Of a DNA stretch of 64,000 nt, positions 34,199 to 47,388 are shown piece by piece. How positions within the stretch are numbered: the stretch's first letter is position 1; each line of letters begins with the position of its first letter. Made by a program: the position numbers and the translations under genes. The stretch is taken from the NCBI GenBank assembly GCA_030390025.1, contig CM059431.1:95668001-95732000 (forward strand). Direction: 5' to 3'. The stretch comes from Squalus acanthias. Its lineage: Eukaryota. The notes below the pieces were generated by a model. It was given only the letters and a program-made list of their open reading frames with translations, was not told the DNA's origin and did not search any database.

Positions 34199-35470
34199 GG
34201 GGCTAAAAATTCGGGGGCTTAACACCACCCATTACTGGCAAAATGTAGCGTAAAGAGGGCGGCTGCCGTTCTTTCGGCAGCTGGTGGCGGGTCACGCGGC
34301 GTCTGTCATTTTCCAAGGCCCAGTAGCGCTGCCGGTAACATCAATCAGCCTGCAGATTGAAATGAGGGAGAGGTGACAACACACACCGACTTAATGTCAC
34401 CTCAGTGAACTTGGTCCTTTGCGCTGAGTTTGGTGTTGGGTCCTAAACTCACCATGTACACCTAGCATGCAGCAGACTGACAGAGGTACTGACAGCACCT
34501 CTTAAAGGGACAAATACATTTTTCAGGTAAGTTTGCGTTAAGCTTTTAGACTTTTTAAAATTTTATTTAAGTAGTGGCTTTATACAATACATCTTAAAAG
34601 TTTATTTTACATGTGTAAAGAGTGCTGCTGGATGCTTGCAAGGCCTCGGATAATAAAGGAAGGCCTCTGAGAAGACAGAAAATGCTGCAAATACTCAGCA
34701 GGTTAGGCAACATTCGTGGAGAGAGAAACAGAGTTCATGTCTCAGGTCAAGATTCTGCCTGACCTGCTGAGTATTTCCAACATTTTATGATGTCGTTTCA
34801 GATTTACAGCATCCGCTCGCAAAGGGAAGAGGAAGATGCAGAAGAGGAAAACGCAGAAGAGGAGGAAACAGAAGAGGAAGAAGCAGAAGGAAGGATGCAA
34901 CCCAGACAGCTCCTTTTTGGCCGGATATCTGGGATAGAATCATCAGCCTGCGGTCCCAGTGACTACAACCCCAATTCCCCTTTCAACATTAGTCCCCCAT
35001 GTTACCTTCCCTGTGTTACTGACCACCATAGCGTCCTCTTGGCCACAATGCTGAAATAAAAGCCACCACAAAGCAAACTTTCCAATCCAACTTTATACAT
35101 CTATCCATGTGACTTCAAGAAATCAACTCATCACCCTTATGCATTCTCTTAGTGACTATCTTGTGTATGCTTTTGCCTATCCTACTGATGTCACGCAGTG
35201 CTACCCCAGTGGCTGCAGCATGGCTGGTGGAAGGCTGCTGACTTTCAGTGGGGGAAACTGCAAATTGCTTTGCTGGTCGACAGCTTGAAGAGCTGGTGGC
35301 TGGGTGTGTCAAATCGAGTGACAGTGTTTCTTCTTTTTCTTCACTCTCCTCTCCCTCTTCTTGGCCAACCACTGGCTGGGCAGGCTGCATTTCTTGGGTT
35401 TGTGAAATAAGGAAGGCATAACGGTGGAGTTGTGGTGAGAGGAGGGCGGGAAAGCAAGAGGTGCATGCCA
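34199..35470. mobile_element. Harbinger deletion derivative, reverse relative of ~24600-25779
   Basis: Left TIR GGGGCTAAAAATT; shares AAAGGAAGGCCTCTGAGAAGAC, the acidic EEE...QPRQL tail and 3' UTRs with the 24.6-25.8 kb copy. Confidence 0.7.
34675..34815. mobile_element. Short fold-back element, probably Penelope-derived
   Basis: Inverted arms AAAATGCTGCAAATACTCAGCAGGTTAGGCA / TGCCTGACCTGCTGAGTATTTCCAACATTTT. Confidence 0.55.
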
Positions 35471-35500
35471 GAAGGAGGAAGATTACACCTGCACACCTAC

Positions 35501-35575
35501 CTTCTTCTTGTATGTCACGATACAGCCATCATCCTTATAGCTGCCTGTGGTCTCTATAGGAGAGGAACTAGATCT
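35501..35575 (-). CDS. Candidate internal exon of host gene (75 nt, phase 0 to 0): RSSSSPIETTGSYKDDGCIVTYKKK
   Basis: Acceptor tttctatttatttatttcag, donor AAG|gtaggt; 25 open codons, in phase with exon 33327-33619. Confidence 0.7.
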
Positions 35576-35750
35576 CTGAAATAAATAAATAGAAATGCTG
35601 CTCAGTCTATTTAAAAGGCTCTTTTTGAATCTTTTTATTTGGCCAAAATATCAAATACTATCAAACCTAAATGTTGAAAGGGTGGGCCTAAATTACTATA
35701 CAACCCCCACCAATCTACTAAAGCAGGGCTCCCCTGATGGATTGTTAGGT

Positions 35751-35894
35751 GAATGGATTTTCAACTTACCACCTGGGCGTAACACAGGCATTGTGGATCA
35801 GCTGCTCATTGTAGAAATCAATGGAAATGAAAACCAGTGCGGCCGATCCGCAAGGCCAGTTTTATGCCTGGGCAGTAAGTTGAAAATGTATCCC
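35751..35894. mobile_element. Old short palindromic MITE
   Basis: Arms ATTTTCAACTTACCACCTGGGCGTAA / TTATGCCTGGGCAGTAAGTTGAAAAT. Confidence 0.55.
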
Positions 35895-36399
35895 ATTGTC
35901 TATCGATCGTGCTACTGATTGCTGCCTTTTTGTGAGAAAATGCACAGGCTGAGAGCATTAACAGATGGATAGCGGCAGTTGAACAACATGATGGCTGAAA
36001 TCACTGGGAACACTGTACATTAGATTTTTGATGTGTTATTTTTAACATGCTGGTTGGTTGCATATTACACCAACTTATAAAAAAGGCCTCAACTTTATAG
36101 AATAAAGGAGATTTCAATTATATTTTGTGGTTTTGTGGTACCGCAATTAAGCACAATTTGAATAATTATATTTAATTCGAGGCATATTCATGTAAAAGGT
36201 TATGGACTGAGTTCTAGGACCACATTTTTCATGGCTCGGCACTTGTATAACAACTTGCGTTTACCCGAAAGTTTGACTGTCTATAGTCTTCACAGAGGCT
36301 CCCTGATCTACTGAGGGTTTCAAGCATTTTGTGTTTTTGTTTCAGATTTCCAGTATGAGCAGTATTTTGATTTTTGTTGCATTCATTAATATAGCAAAT

Positions 36400-38080
36400 A
36401 TCCTAATGTGCTTTAGAGAGCAGGAAAGAAGCAAATGCATGATAAAAGGACACTGAGTCATGGTGTGAATTAGGAGGCATGACTGAAAGATAGGATTCCA
36501 AAGGTGAACAAAGAGGAAGAGAGGCGGAATGGTAAAGAGGTTTAGGTAAGGAGTTCCAGAGAGTAGGATCAAGAAGGTTGAAGGCTCTACCATTAATTTT
36601 GGGATTGAGTGAAGGGGGAATGCACAAATGTCAGTAAGCATGGGGGCCAGGAGAGGTAAATGAGTAGGGAGGGGTCCAAGGGCTGGGTCTTGTGGAAGAG
36701 ATCAACTTGGAGAGGATAAGGTTAGAGATGGGCGAGATACTGCAGAGTGACAGGAGATGTGGGTAGGGTAGACTCAGGGAGAGATCAGGAGCAGCGGGAA
36801 GAGGAGTGGGAGATATCAGCAGAGGCAGCTGCACAGATGGTCTCAATCTTGCAAATGAAGAGATCTATAAGCCCTTTGTTGGTATTGGAGTGGGAAAGAG
36901 CTCGAAAGCAGTAGGTAGCTCTGGCTGAGGAAAGCAAGGCATTGTAATGCTTGACATGGTTGAGCCAGATCTGGCGATTAGACCAGCCATGCACTAGGTC
37001 ATGTTTACAGCCCTTTGACTGAAGGGAGCAAAGATGGGGACTATGCCAGGGTAACAACTTGCGTTTACTCGAAAGTTTGACTGTCTAGTCTTCACAGAGG
37101 CTTCCTGATCTACTGACGGTTTCCAGCATTTTGTGTTTTTATTTCAGAGGGGCGGGAGGCAGTGAGTGATTTGATGGAAATGAGGGCATCAAAGGCATAG
37201 GCGAGGGAACAGTTGAGCAATTGAGTAACTCAACTGAGGCAGGGATGTCATGGGTGGAGGGCCAGAGTGAGTGCAAGCGTGAATTTGTGAGCCAGCTGGA
37301 GGAGAGGTTTTTTCTAAGAGCAGATGGTGAGTGTGGTGAGAGGGAAGGTAAAGGGATATAAGGAGTAAGAGATGACTAAGTGGTCAAAGTCAGCTTTGTG
37401 GATGATGGAGATCTCAGGAGAGGAGAGGCCTTTAGAGATGGTGAAGTTGAAGGAGTGGCTATAGGTATGGGTGGGAGAGTTTATGTGAAGGGTGAGATTG
37501 AGTGAGGATAGGAGGGCAGAGAAAAAGGGGTTGGGGGAGATTAGATGAATGTCAAAATCACCAAGGATGAGGAGTTGGTCAGTGTGGAGGGTAAGGGCCG
37601 AAATTGAGATAAGGATGTTGGGGTGGGGTTGGTACGCTGGTACACAACAAGGCATTTAACTGAGAAGAGGAGGGCTGGAAGAGAGTGAGGTGCTCCAAGA
37701 TGGGACTTTATGAAAAGACTTGTCATTGCCTGCAGCAGTTTGGATGAGGAGCTGATGGAAAGTTTAAGCAGATTAAGAACCTTCAGTAAGAGACGAGGAG
37801 TCCCTGCCCATAAGCGAGATTTCTCCCAAAATGTCAATAAATCCATCAACCTTGAGGACAATGGATAGCAAAAGCTTTGTTGATGAGGAGGGAACATTCT
37901 GGAGGACAACATGGAACATGTACTTCCTTGCTGTTATAACAAGTATTAGATGTGGGGGTAGAAGAATGGCCTACCAGCCCAACAGGGAACGTATCGGAAG
38001 ATCCCAGAGTGACAATAACAAGAGCAGGAGAGCTGGCAGCAAAACAGGAGAGAAAAATTTTAAAAAGTGATGTCATAGTC
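36400..38080 (-). mobile_element. Old L2-clade LINE fragments (endonuclease region and 3' end)
   Basis: LLILGDFDIHL, NSPTHTYSH, GRAFNLLDPTLWNSLP on the minus strand. Confidence 0.7.
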
Positions 38081-38229
38081 AATGCAGAGGAAGGAGTGAC
38101 GGAGACTGAGGAATTTTAAGCTAAGTATTTAATTTAGTATCCAACTGGTTATAGTGTAAGTATACAGTTGGTTATAGTTGATTAAGGGGCTATCTATCTT
38201 TAAAAAAATAAACAATACATAAGACCCAA

Positions 38230-39029
38230 GGATAAAAACCATTCTATCAATTTTACCCGCCAGGTAAAGTAAGGTGAAGCCTGCTGGATTCAGGAGGTAA
38301 GTTACTTTCTACTTACCTGCTAGATCCAACGTCTCACCCACCCACCGCGATCAGACACTCCCCCGAGGCCTTCAATGCCCTCCACAAGGCCTCCGATCCC
38401 CTACCCAGGCCTCCAATCCCCACACAAGACCTCCGATCGCACCACCCCAGGCCTCCGATAACCCCCAACGAAGCCTCCGATACCCTCCGCGAGGCCTCTG
38501 ATCACCCCCACAAGGTCACCGATCTCCTCCCCCGACGCCTCCGATCACCTTCCCAGACTCCCCACTCCAGCCCCAATGCTCCTCTGGCCCCAAACCTCCA
38601 GCCCTGATCTCCCCTCAATGCTCCTCTGGCCGGCCGCGATCCTCCCCCCCCTCCACATCCCGATGCTCCTCCAGCCTGCCCCGATCCTTTCCCCACCCGC
38701 TTGATGCTCCTCCGGTCCTTATCCTCCACAATGCTCCTCCGGTCGGTCCCAATCCTCTTCCACACCCACCAATGCTCCTCCGGCTCCGTTCCTCTAGCCC
38801 CGACTCCTACCCAATCCCTCCCTCCCTCCCCTCTGCGGCCTAGTGCTGCAAGCCTACTCGCCCAGCCAGCCAGCCTCTCCATTTGGGTGGCTGCAGGTGG
38901 GAAACAGAGCTTTGAAATGTTAATCAGGCCCTGCCATTAAATTTGGCAGGACCTGCGGGAAACCCGTTCTCCTGGGTTTCCCAACTGCTTTCAAGCCCCC
39001 TGACCCATCCCCGGATTAAAATTCCAGCC
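38230..39029. mobile_element. Harbinger-type non-autonomous element with degenerate C-rich tandem repeats (left end unclear)
   Basis: Right TIR AAAATTCCAGCC; degenerate ~19-bp GCCTCCGAT repeats at ~38365-38560. Confidence 0.55.
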
Positions 39030-39245
39030 AAGGAGTGTGATAAGTTAAAATTGCAAGAAAAACAGCATCAGTGCAAAAGGGTCTGTTGCCCAAATAAGCG
39101 TTCTATACACTAATGCACATAGCATAAGGAATAAAACATGTGAATTAGAAGTGCAAATTCAGCTTAAAGGTAATGACGTAGTGGCCATCACTGTGACCTG
39201 ACTACAAGCTAGGCATGACTGGGAGATAAATATACCAGGTTATAA

Positions 39246-39985
39246 GGGGGAAAAATTCAGGCATCGACCAAATTGGGGTGCTAACATCGCCTGGGTGCTA
39301 ACTTTAGCACCAGGCACTAATTAGTGCCGGTGACTGCGAAATTGAGTTTTAACGCCCCAAGAGGGAAGTGGAGCGCTAAATCAAGTGCGCCACTTCCTTC
39401 TTAGGGCGCTAATGTCAGAGAGCGAGGCGGAGACTTCAGCAGCGCTGCCCACAGGGCCGTGCACGCTGCTGCGTTCAAAGGCTCCTTCCCTGCCTTAAAG
39501 GGAAGGGCCATCGCTGCAGGCTCTGCAATTTAAAAATTACCAACCTGGACCACCAAGGCAGCCGCGATCCCGTGTGATCAGCCCAGCACTCAAGCAGAGT
39601 GCAAGGCTGATCGATTGCGGGCAGGAACCCACAAAGAAAAACTAGAACAGGAAAGGTAAGGTTTTTTTCCACTTACCTCAGCCACCTCGCCTTTAATCAT
39701 CGCCCCCGAAGCAGGCCACCCGCCTCCTGCAACTGTCGGTCTTTTCGACAGGCGCTGCTGCAGGGGGCAGAAGTCAATTTTGCGTCCGGGGCGCTGCGCA
39801 TAGCGATGACATCATGATCTCTGGGCGAAGGAGATTGGGGCACAACGCTGTAGCGCCACTGCAAAACTCCTGCCGAATGGCGGGAGTTGATTTCAGCGCC
39901 GCGCCCGGTCGCAAAGCCATTTGCGCCCCGTTAGCGCCCACTGGGGGCGCTAATGGGAGACGCAAAGGCACCCAATTAAACCCCC
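39246..39985. mobile_element. Harbinger-type MITE family A, copy 3
   Basis: TIRs GGGGGAAAAATT / AATTAAACCCCC; removing it plus 3 bp restores CR1 codons GGT TAT AAG GTC TTT (GYKVF). Confidence 0.88.
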
Positions 39986-40248
39986 AAGGTCTTTAGAAAG
40001 GACAGGGAAATTGGAAAAGGAGGAGGAGTAGCAATATTGATAAAGGGCACTATTACAGCATTAGCAAAACGGGAAATCAGTAAGTGTGAGCAGGCAGTAG
40101 AAATGCTCTGGATAGAATTGAAGAAAAGAAAAGGTTGCAAAACTTTGGTGGGAGTTGTCTACACACATAGACTGGGAGAAGCAGAACAGCTCAAGTTCCA
40201 AAGGCAACAAATTTCTTGAGAGCGTCTGAGATAGCTTTATGGAACAGT

Positions 40249-40986
40249 GGGCCAGAAATTCGGCTTTCCGGCTTCCTGCGGGTGCAAGCATCGCGCGCGT
40301 ACTTGCCTACCGCGCCTGCAGTTGTGCTTTGGGCCCACGAGGACTTCGGGTCCTGGGCCTCCTCCAGCTGCCGGCGCGCAGTGCTTGTGTATCCCAGGGG
40401 CGTAGTTAGTTCGAAGCGTCCCCTGGGATCACGTGGGCCATGGAGAGCCAATCGGAGCAGGGAATCTCCATTCATAGATTTGACAGGATCTATGAATAGA
40501 GATCGGCCCCAAAACCACACTTAAACTTCAAATAAATTGAAAAAAAAATCACATTTTTAAAATAACTATAAGTTAAATAAATTAACTACTTTAAACAAAA
40601 ATTTAAATTTTTGAAAAAATTAGTTATACTTTTTAACGGTGCTAAAAATAAACTTACCTTTCTTTAAAGTATCTAAAAAAGATAAACCTGTTGAAAAAAT
40701 TTTTAAATTGTATTTAATTAACCACTTACCTTGTTAAAAACAGGCCTTGCGCCTCCTTTTCTTCATACTTACCTTCCCGGAGAAACCTGAAAAAAAAACC
40801 TACGTTCGCTGCATGCGCGCAGCCTCTCCCTGCGCACGCGTTCAACTTCTGAACCCCTCCCTTCAGGGGAACGGAAGTTCCGGTTTCCTGCGCATGCGCA
40901 GTGCATGCAGGAAATCGGCACTTCAGATGGCCTTACGGGTGAGTACACAGCGCGTACTCACCCGACAACAGCCGAATTTCTGGGCC
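40249..40986. mobile_element. Harbinger-type MITE family B
   Basis: 17-bp TIRs GGGCCAGAAATTCGGCT / AGCCGAATTTCTGGGCC (1 mismatch); flanks AGT/AAT; removal restores DSFMEQYVL. Confidence 0.88.
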
Positions 40987-43900
40987 AATATGTTCTTAAA
41001 CCAAGAGAACAGGCCATAGTAGATTTAGTGATGAGTAATGAGTTTGAATTGATCAATAATCTAACAGTAAAAGAACACTTAACTAACCTAACCTAATTGA
41101 AAATAAGGAAATGGCAGACTTGCTAAATAATTACTTGGTATCGATCTTCACAGTAGAGGAAGAGGATAAATTATGAGAGATACGAGGAAAGCTAAAAATA
41201 AATCAAGGGGATGAATTTACTAGATTTAATATAAGTAAAAAAAAATGGAGAAAATACAGAGATTGAAGATAAACATATCTCCAGGACCTGATGGCTAATA
41301 TCCCAGGTATTAAAAGAAGTCGGTGAGGAAATTGTAGATGCTCTAGTCATGATCTTCCAAAACTCTCTTGATTCAGGAAATGTCCCCTTGGATTGGAAAA
41401 TTGCCAATGTCACTCCATTATTTAAGAAGGATGGGGCAAATAAACCAGGAAATTATAGAAGTATTACACTAACGTCTGGTGTGGGAAGTTACTAGAATCA
41501 GTTATTAGGGAAAGAGTGACTGATCTCTTGGACAAATATGAACTGATCAGAGAGAACCAGCATGGATTTGTAAAGGATAAGTCATGTCTATCTAACATAG
41601 TTAGTTACTAGTGGTGTCCCCTACAGTTCAGTCCGAGGCTGGCTATTCTTCACAGTCTTTATTAATGACTTGGACAGCGGTGTTGAGAATATGATAAGTA
41701 GGTTTGCTGATGACACCAAAATCTGTGCAACGGTAGAGGAGTGCAATCAAATTCAAAAAGATTTAGATGTGCTAGGGGATTGGGCCACACATTGGCAAAT
41801 GGCTTTTAATTTAGATAAATGTAGTGTCATGCATGTTGGTCGGGCCAACACAGAATACACTTATCATTTGCAGGGAACCATAACGAAACAGGTCGAGAGA
41901 GAAAAAGATCTTGGTGTTATTGCGCACAGATCACTGAAGGTTCATGGCCAATGTCGAGAACCTATAGCTAAAGCTAACAAAGTAATAGGTTGTATTACTA
42001 GAACCATTCAATAAATCAATGGACACCATTTTGACAGTGTTCAGGTTGCTGGTCAGACTGCATCTAGAGTACTGTATGGGCGATATAGTGGCCTTGGGAA
42101 AGGTCCAGAGGAGAGCTACAAGAATGATTCCTAGCTTAATGAACCACAGCTACTCCGATAGGCTCAATGACCTTGGTCCAATTATTTTTTGAACAGCGTA
42201 GCTTTAGAGGTGATCTGATAGAGGTCTATAAAAAAGTTAAAGTGCTGGATAGTGTCCCTATTGATAGATTATTACAGATTGGGGGAGAACCAGAGGACAC
42301 GAGTTTCAACTATGTAAGAGTAGGAACAGACAGGATATTAGCCAGTTTTTCTTTTCCCAGAGAATTGTGAGCCTCTGGAATACATTGCCAGCTGGTGTGG
42401 TGGGTGCAGAACTCTGCATGCCTTCAACAGGGAGCTGGAATGGTTCCTGGAATGGTTCCTGACTAGGTCAGAGATCGCATCATATAGAAGGTAAGTGTCT
42501 TTACAGGAAATACTTGGTCCATTTGATCTCTTGGACTGGTTTTGATCACCTGAGGGTCAGAGAGGAATTTTACAGAGCATTTTTTTCCCTTATTGCCCCT
42601 GAATTTTTTCCTTCTTTTTGCCTCTCCCTGGAGATTACGGCCGCGATTTTGCTGACCTCGGCGGGTCCGTGGCGGGCGACGCCAGTGGCGAGTCCCTACC
42701 CCGCTGCTGGCTCCAGCCCGTTCTGTGAAATGAATTTACCTTGATTGGGCTTGCTAAGCCTGCCCAGCACTTTTCCCGGCCAATTCGAGGAAGCGGGTCT
42801 GGTAACGTCATTTGATGATGCATCATCAGCCGGTTTCCTTAAAGGGACCAGGGGCAAATTTACTTTGAAAGTTCTGCTGTCAGTGTTCCACAGCATTGAG
42901 GTTCTGCAAACAGTGACAATCACTGCACAGAGGAGCAGGGCTGCACCCAGGCTCTCCCATGACTCCCTCCATATGCTTATGTAGCGAGTCAGAGCACGCA
43001 GGGAGCTCCTCTTCCCTTCCCATGGGCAGAAGAGACCTCCCCAGGAGATCAACACAGCCTGGTTGCACATTGCAGAGGAGGGCACAAGCGGGGATGTGTT
43101 CCGCAGGACCTGGGTGCAGTGCCTCAAACGTTTCAATGATCTCAGTAGATCGCGAAACATTAGTACAAAGTCACACACAACCTCATCCTGCTATGCCTCT
43201 CATCACATCCCCATCACTCTGCCTTCCCTACCCGACTCCTGCACATCCTTACTCACACCAACTGAACTTACACCTCCACCCATCCATCTCTATCTATATT
43301 ATCACATCCCCATCTAACTAGCCACCCCTCACACTCACCCTCATAGAAAAAATAGAAACATGGAAGATAGGAGCAGGAGTAGGCCATTCGGCCCCTCGAG
43401 CCTGTTCCGCCATTTAATGAGATCATGGCTGATCATCCAAATTCAGTACCCTGTCCCTGCTTTCTCCCCATATCCCTTGATCCCTTTAGCCTTAAGAAAT
43501 ATATCTAACTCCTTCTTGAATATATTTAATGAATTGGCCTCAACTGCCTTCTGTGGTAGAGAATTCCACAGGTTCACCACTCTCTGGGTGAAGAAATTCC
43601 TCCTCATCTCAGTCCTAAATGGCTTACCCCTTATCCTTAGACTGTGACCCCTGGTTCTGGACTCCCCCGCCATCGAGAACATCCTTCATGCATCTAGTCT
43701 GTCTAGTCCTGTTAGAATTTTATAAGTTTCAATGAGATCCCCTCTCATTCTTCGAAACTCTCGCGAATATAAGCCTAATCGACCCAATCTCTCCTCATAC
43801 GTCATTCCTGCCATCCCAGGTATCAGCCTGGTGAATCTTTGCTGCACTCTCTCCACGGCAAGAACATCCTTCCTCAGATAAGGTGACCAAAACTGCACAC

Positions 43901-44839
43901 AATACTCAAGGTGTGGTCTCACCAAGGCCCTGTACAACTGCAGCAAGACATCCTTGCTCCTGTACTCGAATCCTCTCGCTATGAAGGCCAACATACCATT
44001 TGCCTTCTTAACCGCCTGCTGTACCTGCATGCTTACCTTCAGCGACTGGTGCACAAGGACACCCAGGTCTCGTTGCACTTCCCCTTTTCCCAATCTATTG
44101 CCGTTCAGATAATAATTTGCCTTCCTGTTTTTGCCACCAAAGTGGATAACCTCGCATTTATCCACATTATACTACATTTGCCATGCATCTGCCCAATCAC
44201 CCAACCTGTCCAAATCATACTGGAGTTTCTCTGCATCCTCCTTACAGCACACACGCCCACCCAGCTTTGTGTCGTCTGCAAACTTGGAGATATTAGATCT
44301 AGTTCCCTCGCCTAGATCATTTATATATATTGTGAATAGCTGGGGTCCTAGCACCGATCCCTGCGGTACCCCAACAGTCACTGCCTGCCACTCGGAAAAA
44401 GACCCGTTTATTCCAACTCTTTGCTTCCTGTCTGCCAACCAGTTCTCTATCCAAGACAGTACCTTACCCCCAATCCCGTGTGCTTTAACTTTTCACGCTA
44501 ATCTCTTATGCGGGACCTCACTTATTGAAATCTCAGCAGTATAAATAGGGGAGGCTAGAGTGCAGTTTGTCACGGAGTGCAGATCGGAACAGAGTGTTAA
44601 ACTGCGAGTTTGGTGAGTGAGGGAGTTCGGGGAGGGAGGTGTTCCTTTCTTTTTCCATCTTTGTCAGCTTCCAGGAGAGCAGGAGTTAAAAAGCTGCACA
44701 AGAGGGGACAGAGAACCAGCGGTGAGTATTTCTACAGTATTTCTACATTCCAGTCATTAAAGTAAAAGTAAGGTCTCTAGTTTGGAGTAAGTAGTGTTTA
44801 AAGGGAAGTAAGGTCCCTAGTGTATTTAATATTCTTTAA

Positions 44840-46289
44840 TATTCAAAAAGGGTGGTAGAGAGAAAGCGGGGAATTACAGACCAGTAAGCCTGACATCGGT
44901 AGTGGGGAAAATGCTAGAGTCCATTATAAAGGATGTAAAGCTGAGCACTTGAAAAACAGTGACAGGATCGGACAGAGTCAACATGGATTTACAAAAGGTA
45001 AATCGTGCTTGACTAATCTACTGGAATTTTTTGAGGATGTAACTGGGAAAATAGATAAGGGAGAACCAGTAGATGTGGTGTATTTGGACTTTCAAAAGGC
45101 TTTCGATAAGGTCCCGCATAAGAGATTAGCGTGTAAAGTTAAGGCACATGGGATTGGGCACAAGGTATTGACTTGGATAGAGAACTGGTTGGCGGACAGA
45201 AAGCAGAGAGTAGGAATTAATGGGTCTTTTTCCGAGTGGCAGTCAGTGACTAGTGGGGTACCGCAGGGATCGGTCCTTGAACCCCAGCTATTCACAATAT
45301 ACATTAATGATCTAGATAAGGGAACTAAATGTAATATCTCCAAGTTTGCAGATGACGAAAAGCTGGGTGAGCATGTGTGCTGCGAGGAGGATACCAAGAA
45401 ACTCCAGGATGATTTGGACAGGTTGGGTGAGTGGGCAGAAGTGTGGCAGATGCAATATAACTTGGATAAATGCGAGGTTATCCACTTTGGTGTCAAAAAC
45501 AGAAAGGCAGACTATTATCTGAATGGCCTTAGATTGGGAGAAGGGGAAGTGCAACGAGACCTGGGTGTCCTTGTGCACCAGTCCTAAGGTAAGCATGCAG
45601 GTGCAGCAGGCGGTGAAGAAGGCAAATGGTATGTTGGCCTTCATAGCGAAAGGGTTTGAGTATAGGAACAGGGATGTCCTGCTGCAGTTGTACAGGGCCT
45701 TGGTGAGACCACACCTTGAGTACTGTGTGCAGTTTTGGTCGCCTTATCTGAGGAAGGATGTTCTTGCCATGGAAGAGTTCAGCGAAGATTCACAAGGCTG
45801 ATACCTGGGATGGCAGGAATGACATATGAGGAGAGATTGGGTCAATTGGGCTTATACTCGCTGGAGTATAGAAGAATGAGAGGGGAACCCATCAAAACAT
45901 ATAAAATTCTGACAGGTCTGGACAAACTAGATGCGGGAAGAATGTTCCCGATGGTCGGAGAGTCCAGAACCAGGGGTCATAATCTAAGGATAAGGGGTAA
46001 GCCATTTAGGACAGAAATGAGGAAGAATTTCTTCACCCAGAGAGTGGTGAACCTGTGGAAATCTCTACCACAGAAGGTAGTTGAGGCCAAGTCATTAAAT
46101 ATATTCAAGAATGAGTTAGATATATTTCTTAAAGCTAAAGGTATCAAGGGATATGGGGAGACGGCAGGTACAGGGTACTGAGTTTGGATGATCAGCCATG
46201 ATCTCATCGAATGGCAGAGCAGGCTCGAGGGGCCGAATGGCCTACTCCTGCTCCTATTTTCTATGTTTCTATGTTTCCATGTTTCTATG
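44840..46289 (+). mobile_element. CR1-E, 5'-truncated CR1 inserted in the 5'UTR of CR1-D
   Basis: RT ORFs 44949-45587, 45523-45801 and 45735-46181, then a (TTTCTATG)n tail just before the CR1-D ORF1. Confidence 0.9.
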
Positions 46290-46317
46290 TTTAAAGGGAG
46301 TAAATTAAGGGTAGGTC

Positions 46318-47382
46318 ATGGCAGGGCTGCTCGGCAGCGTGGAGTGCTCCTCCTGTGCTATGTTGGAAGTCAGGGACACTTTAGGTGTCCAGGGCAAACA
46401 CATGTGCAGGAAGTGTCTCCAGCTGCAGCTACTCGAAATCTGCGTTTCAGAGCTGGAGCTGCGGCTGGAGTCACTGTGGAGCATCCACGAAGCTGAGATC
46501 TTCGTGGATAGCACGTTTAACAAGGTGGGCACACCGCAGTTAAAGAGTGCACAGGCAGACAGGGAATGGGAGACCACCAGACAGAGTAAAAGAACTAGGA
46601 AGGTAGTGCAGAAATCCCCTGGGTCCATCTCCCTCTCCGACAGATTTTCCGTTTTGGATACTGATGGGGGAGAGGGTTTCTCAGGGGAATGCAGCAAGAG
46701 CCAAGTCCGTGGCACTACGACTGGCTCAGCTGCACAGGAGGGGAGGAAAAAGAGTGGGCGAGCAATAGTGATAGGGGATTCTATCGTAAGGGGAACAGAT
46801 AAACGTTTCTGTGGCCGCAGACATGACTCCAGGATGGTATGTTGTCTCCCTGGTGCCAGGGTCAAGGATGTCACTGAACAGCTGCAGGGCATTCTGAAGG
46901 GGGAGGGCGAACAGTCAGAGGTCGTGGTTCATGTTGGTACCAATGACATGGGTAGAAAGAGGGATGAGGTCCTGCAACAAGAATTTAGGGAGCTAGGTAG
47001 CAGATTAAAAAGCAGGACCTCAAAGGTTGTAATCTCTGGATTACTCCCGGTGCCACGTGCTAGTGAGTATAGGAATAGGAGGATAGAGCAGATGAATGCG
47101 TGGCTAAAGAGTTGGTGCAGGAGGGAGGGCTTTAGTTTCCTGGATTACTGGTTCTGCTTCTGGGGAAGGTGGGACCTGTACAAGTTGGACGGGTTGCACC
47201 TGAACCGGAACGGGACCAACATCCTTGCGGGGAGGTTTGCTAGTACTGTTGGGGGGGGGTTTAAACTAACTTGGCAGGGGGATGGGATACGGAGTGGAGC
47301 TATAGTAGGGGGTGATGCACAGCCAAATATAGAGGAAAAAACAAGTCAGCCTGGAAGGCAGAGCAAATATGTAAAGGCATAA
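46318..47382 (+). CDS. CR1 ORF1 (zinc finger, leucine zipper, SGNH esterase); C-terminus extended by an extra base in the G-run at 47251-47259
   Basis: CSSC...CRKC, heptad leucines, IGDS, PGA, HVGTND, DGLHLN. Confidence 0.9.
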   Translation: MAGLLGSVECSSCAMLEVRDTLGVQGKHMCRKCLQLQLLEICVSELELRLESLWSIHEAEIFVDSTFNKVGTPQLKSAQADREWETTRQSKRTRKVVQKSPGSISLSDRFSVLDTDGGEGFSGECSKSQVRGTTTGSAAQEGRKKSGRAIVIGDSIVRGTDKRFCGRRHDSRMVCCLPGARVKDVTEQLQGILKGEGEQSEVVVHVGTNDMGRKRDEVLQQEFRELGSRLKSRTSKVVISGLLPVPRASEYRNRRIEQMNAWLKSWCRREGFSFLDYWFCFWGRWDLYKLDGLHLNRNGTNILAGRFASTVGGGFKLTWQGDGIRSGAIVGGDAQPNIEEKTSQPGRQSKYVKA

Positions 47383-47388
47383 AGGAGT

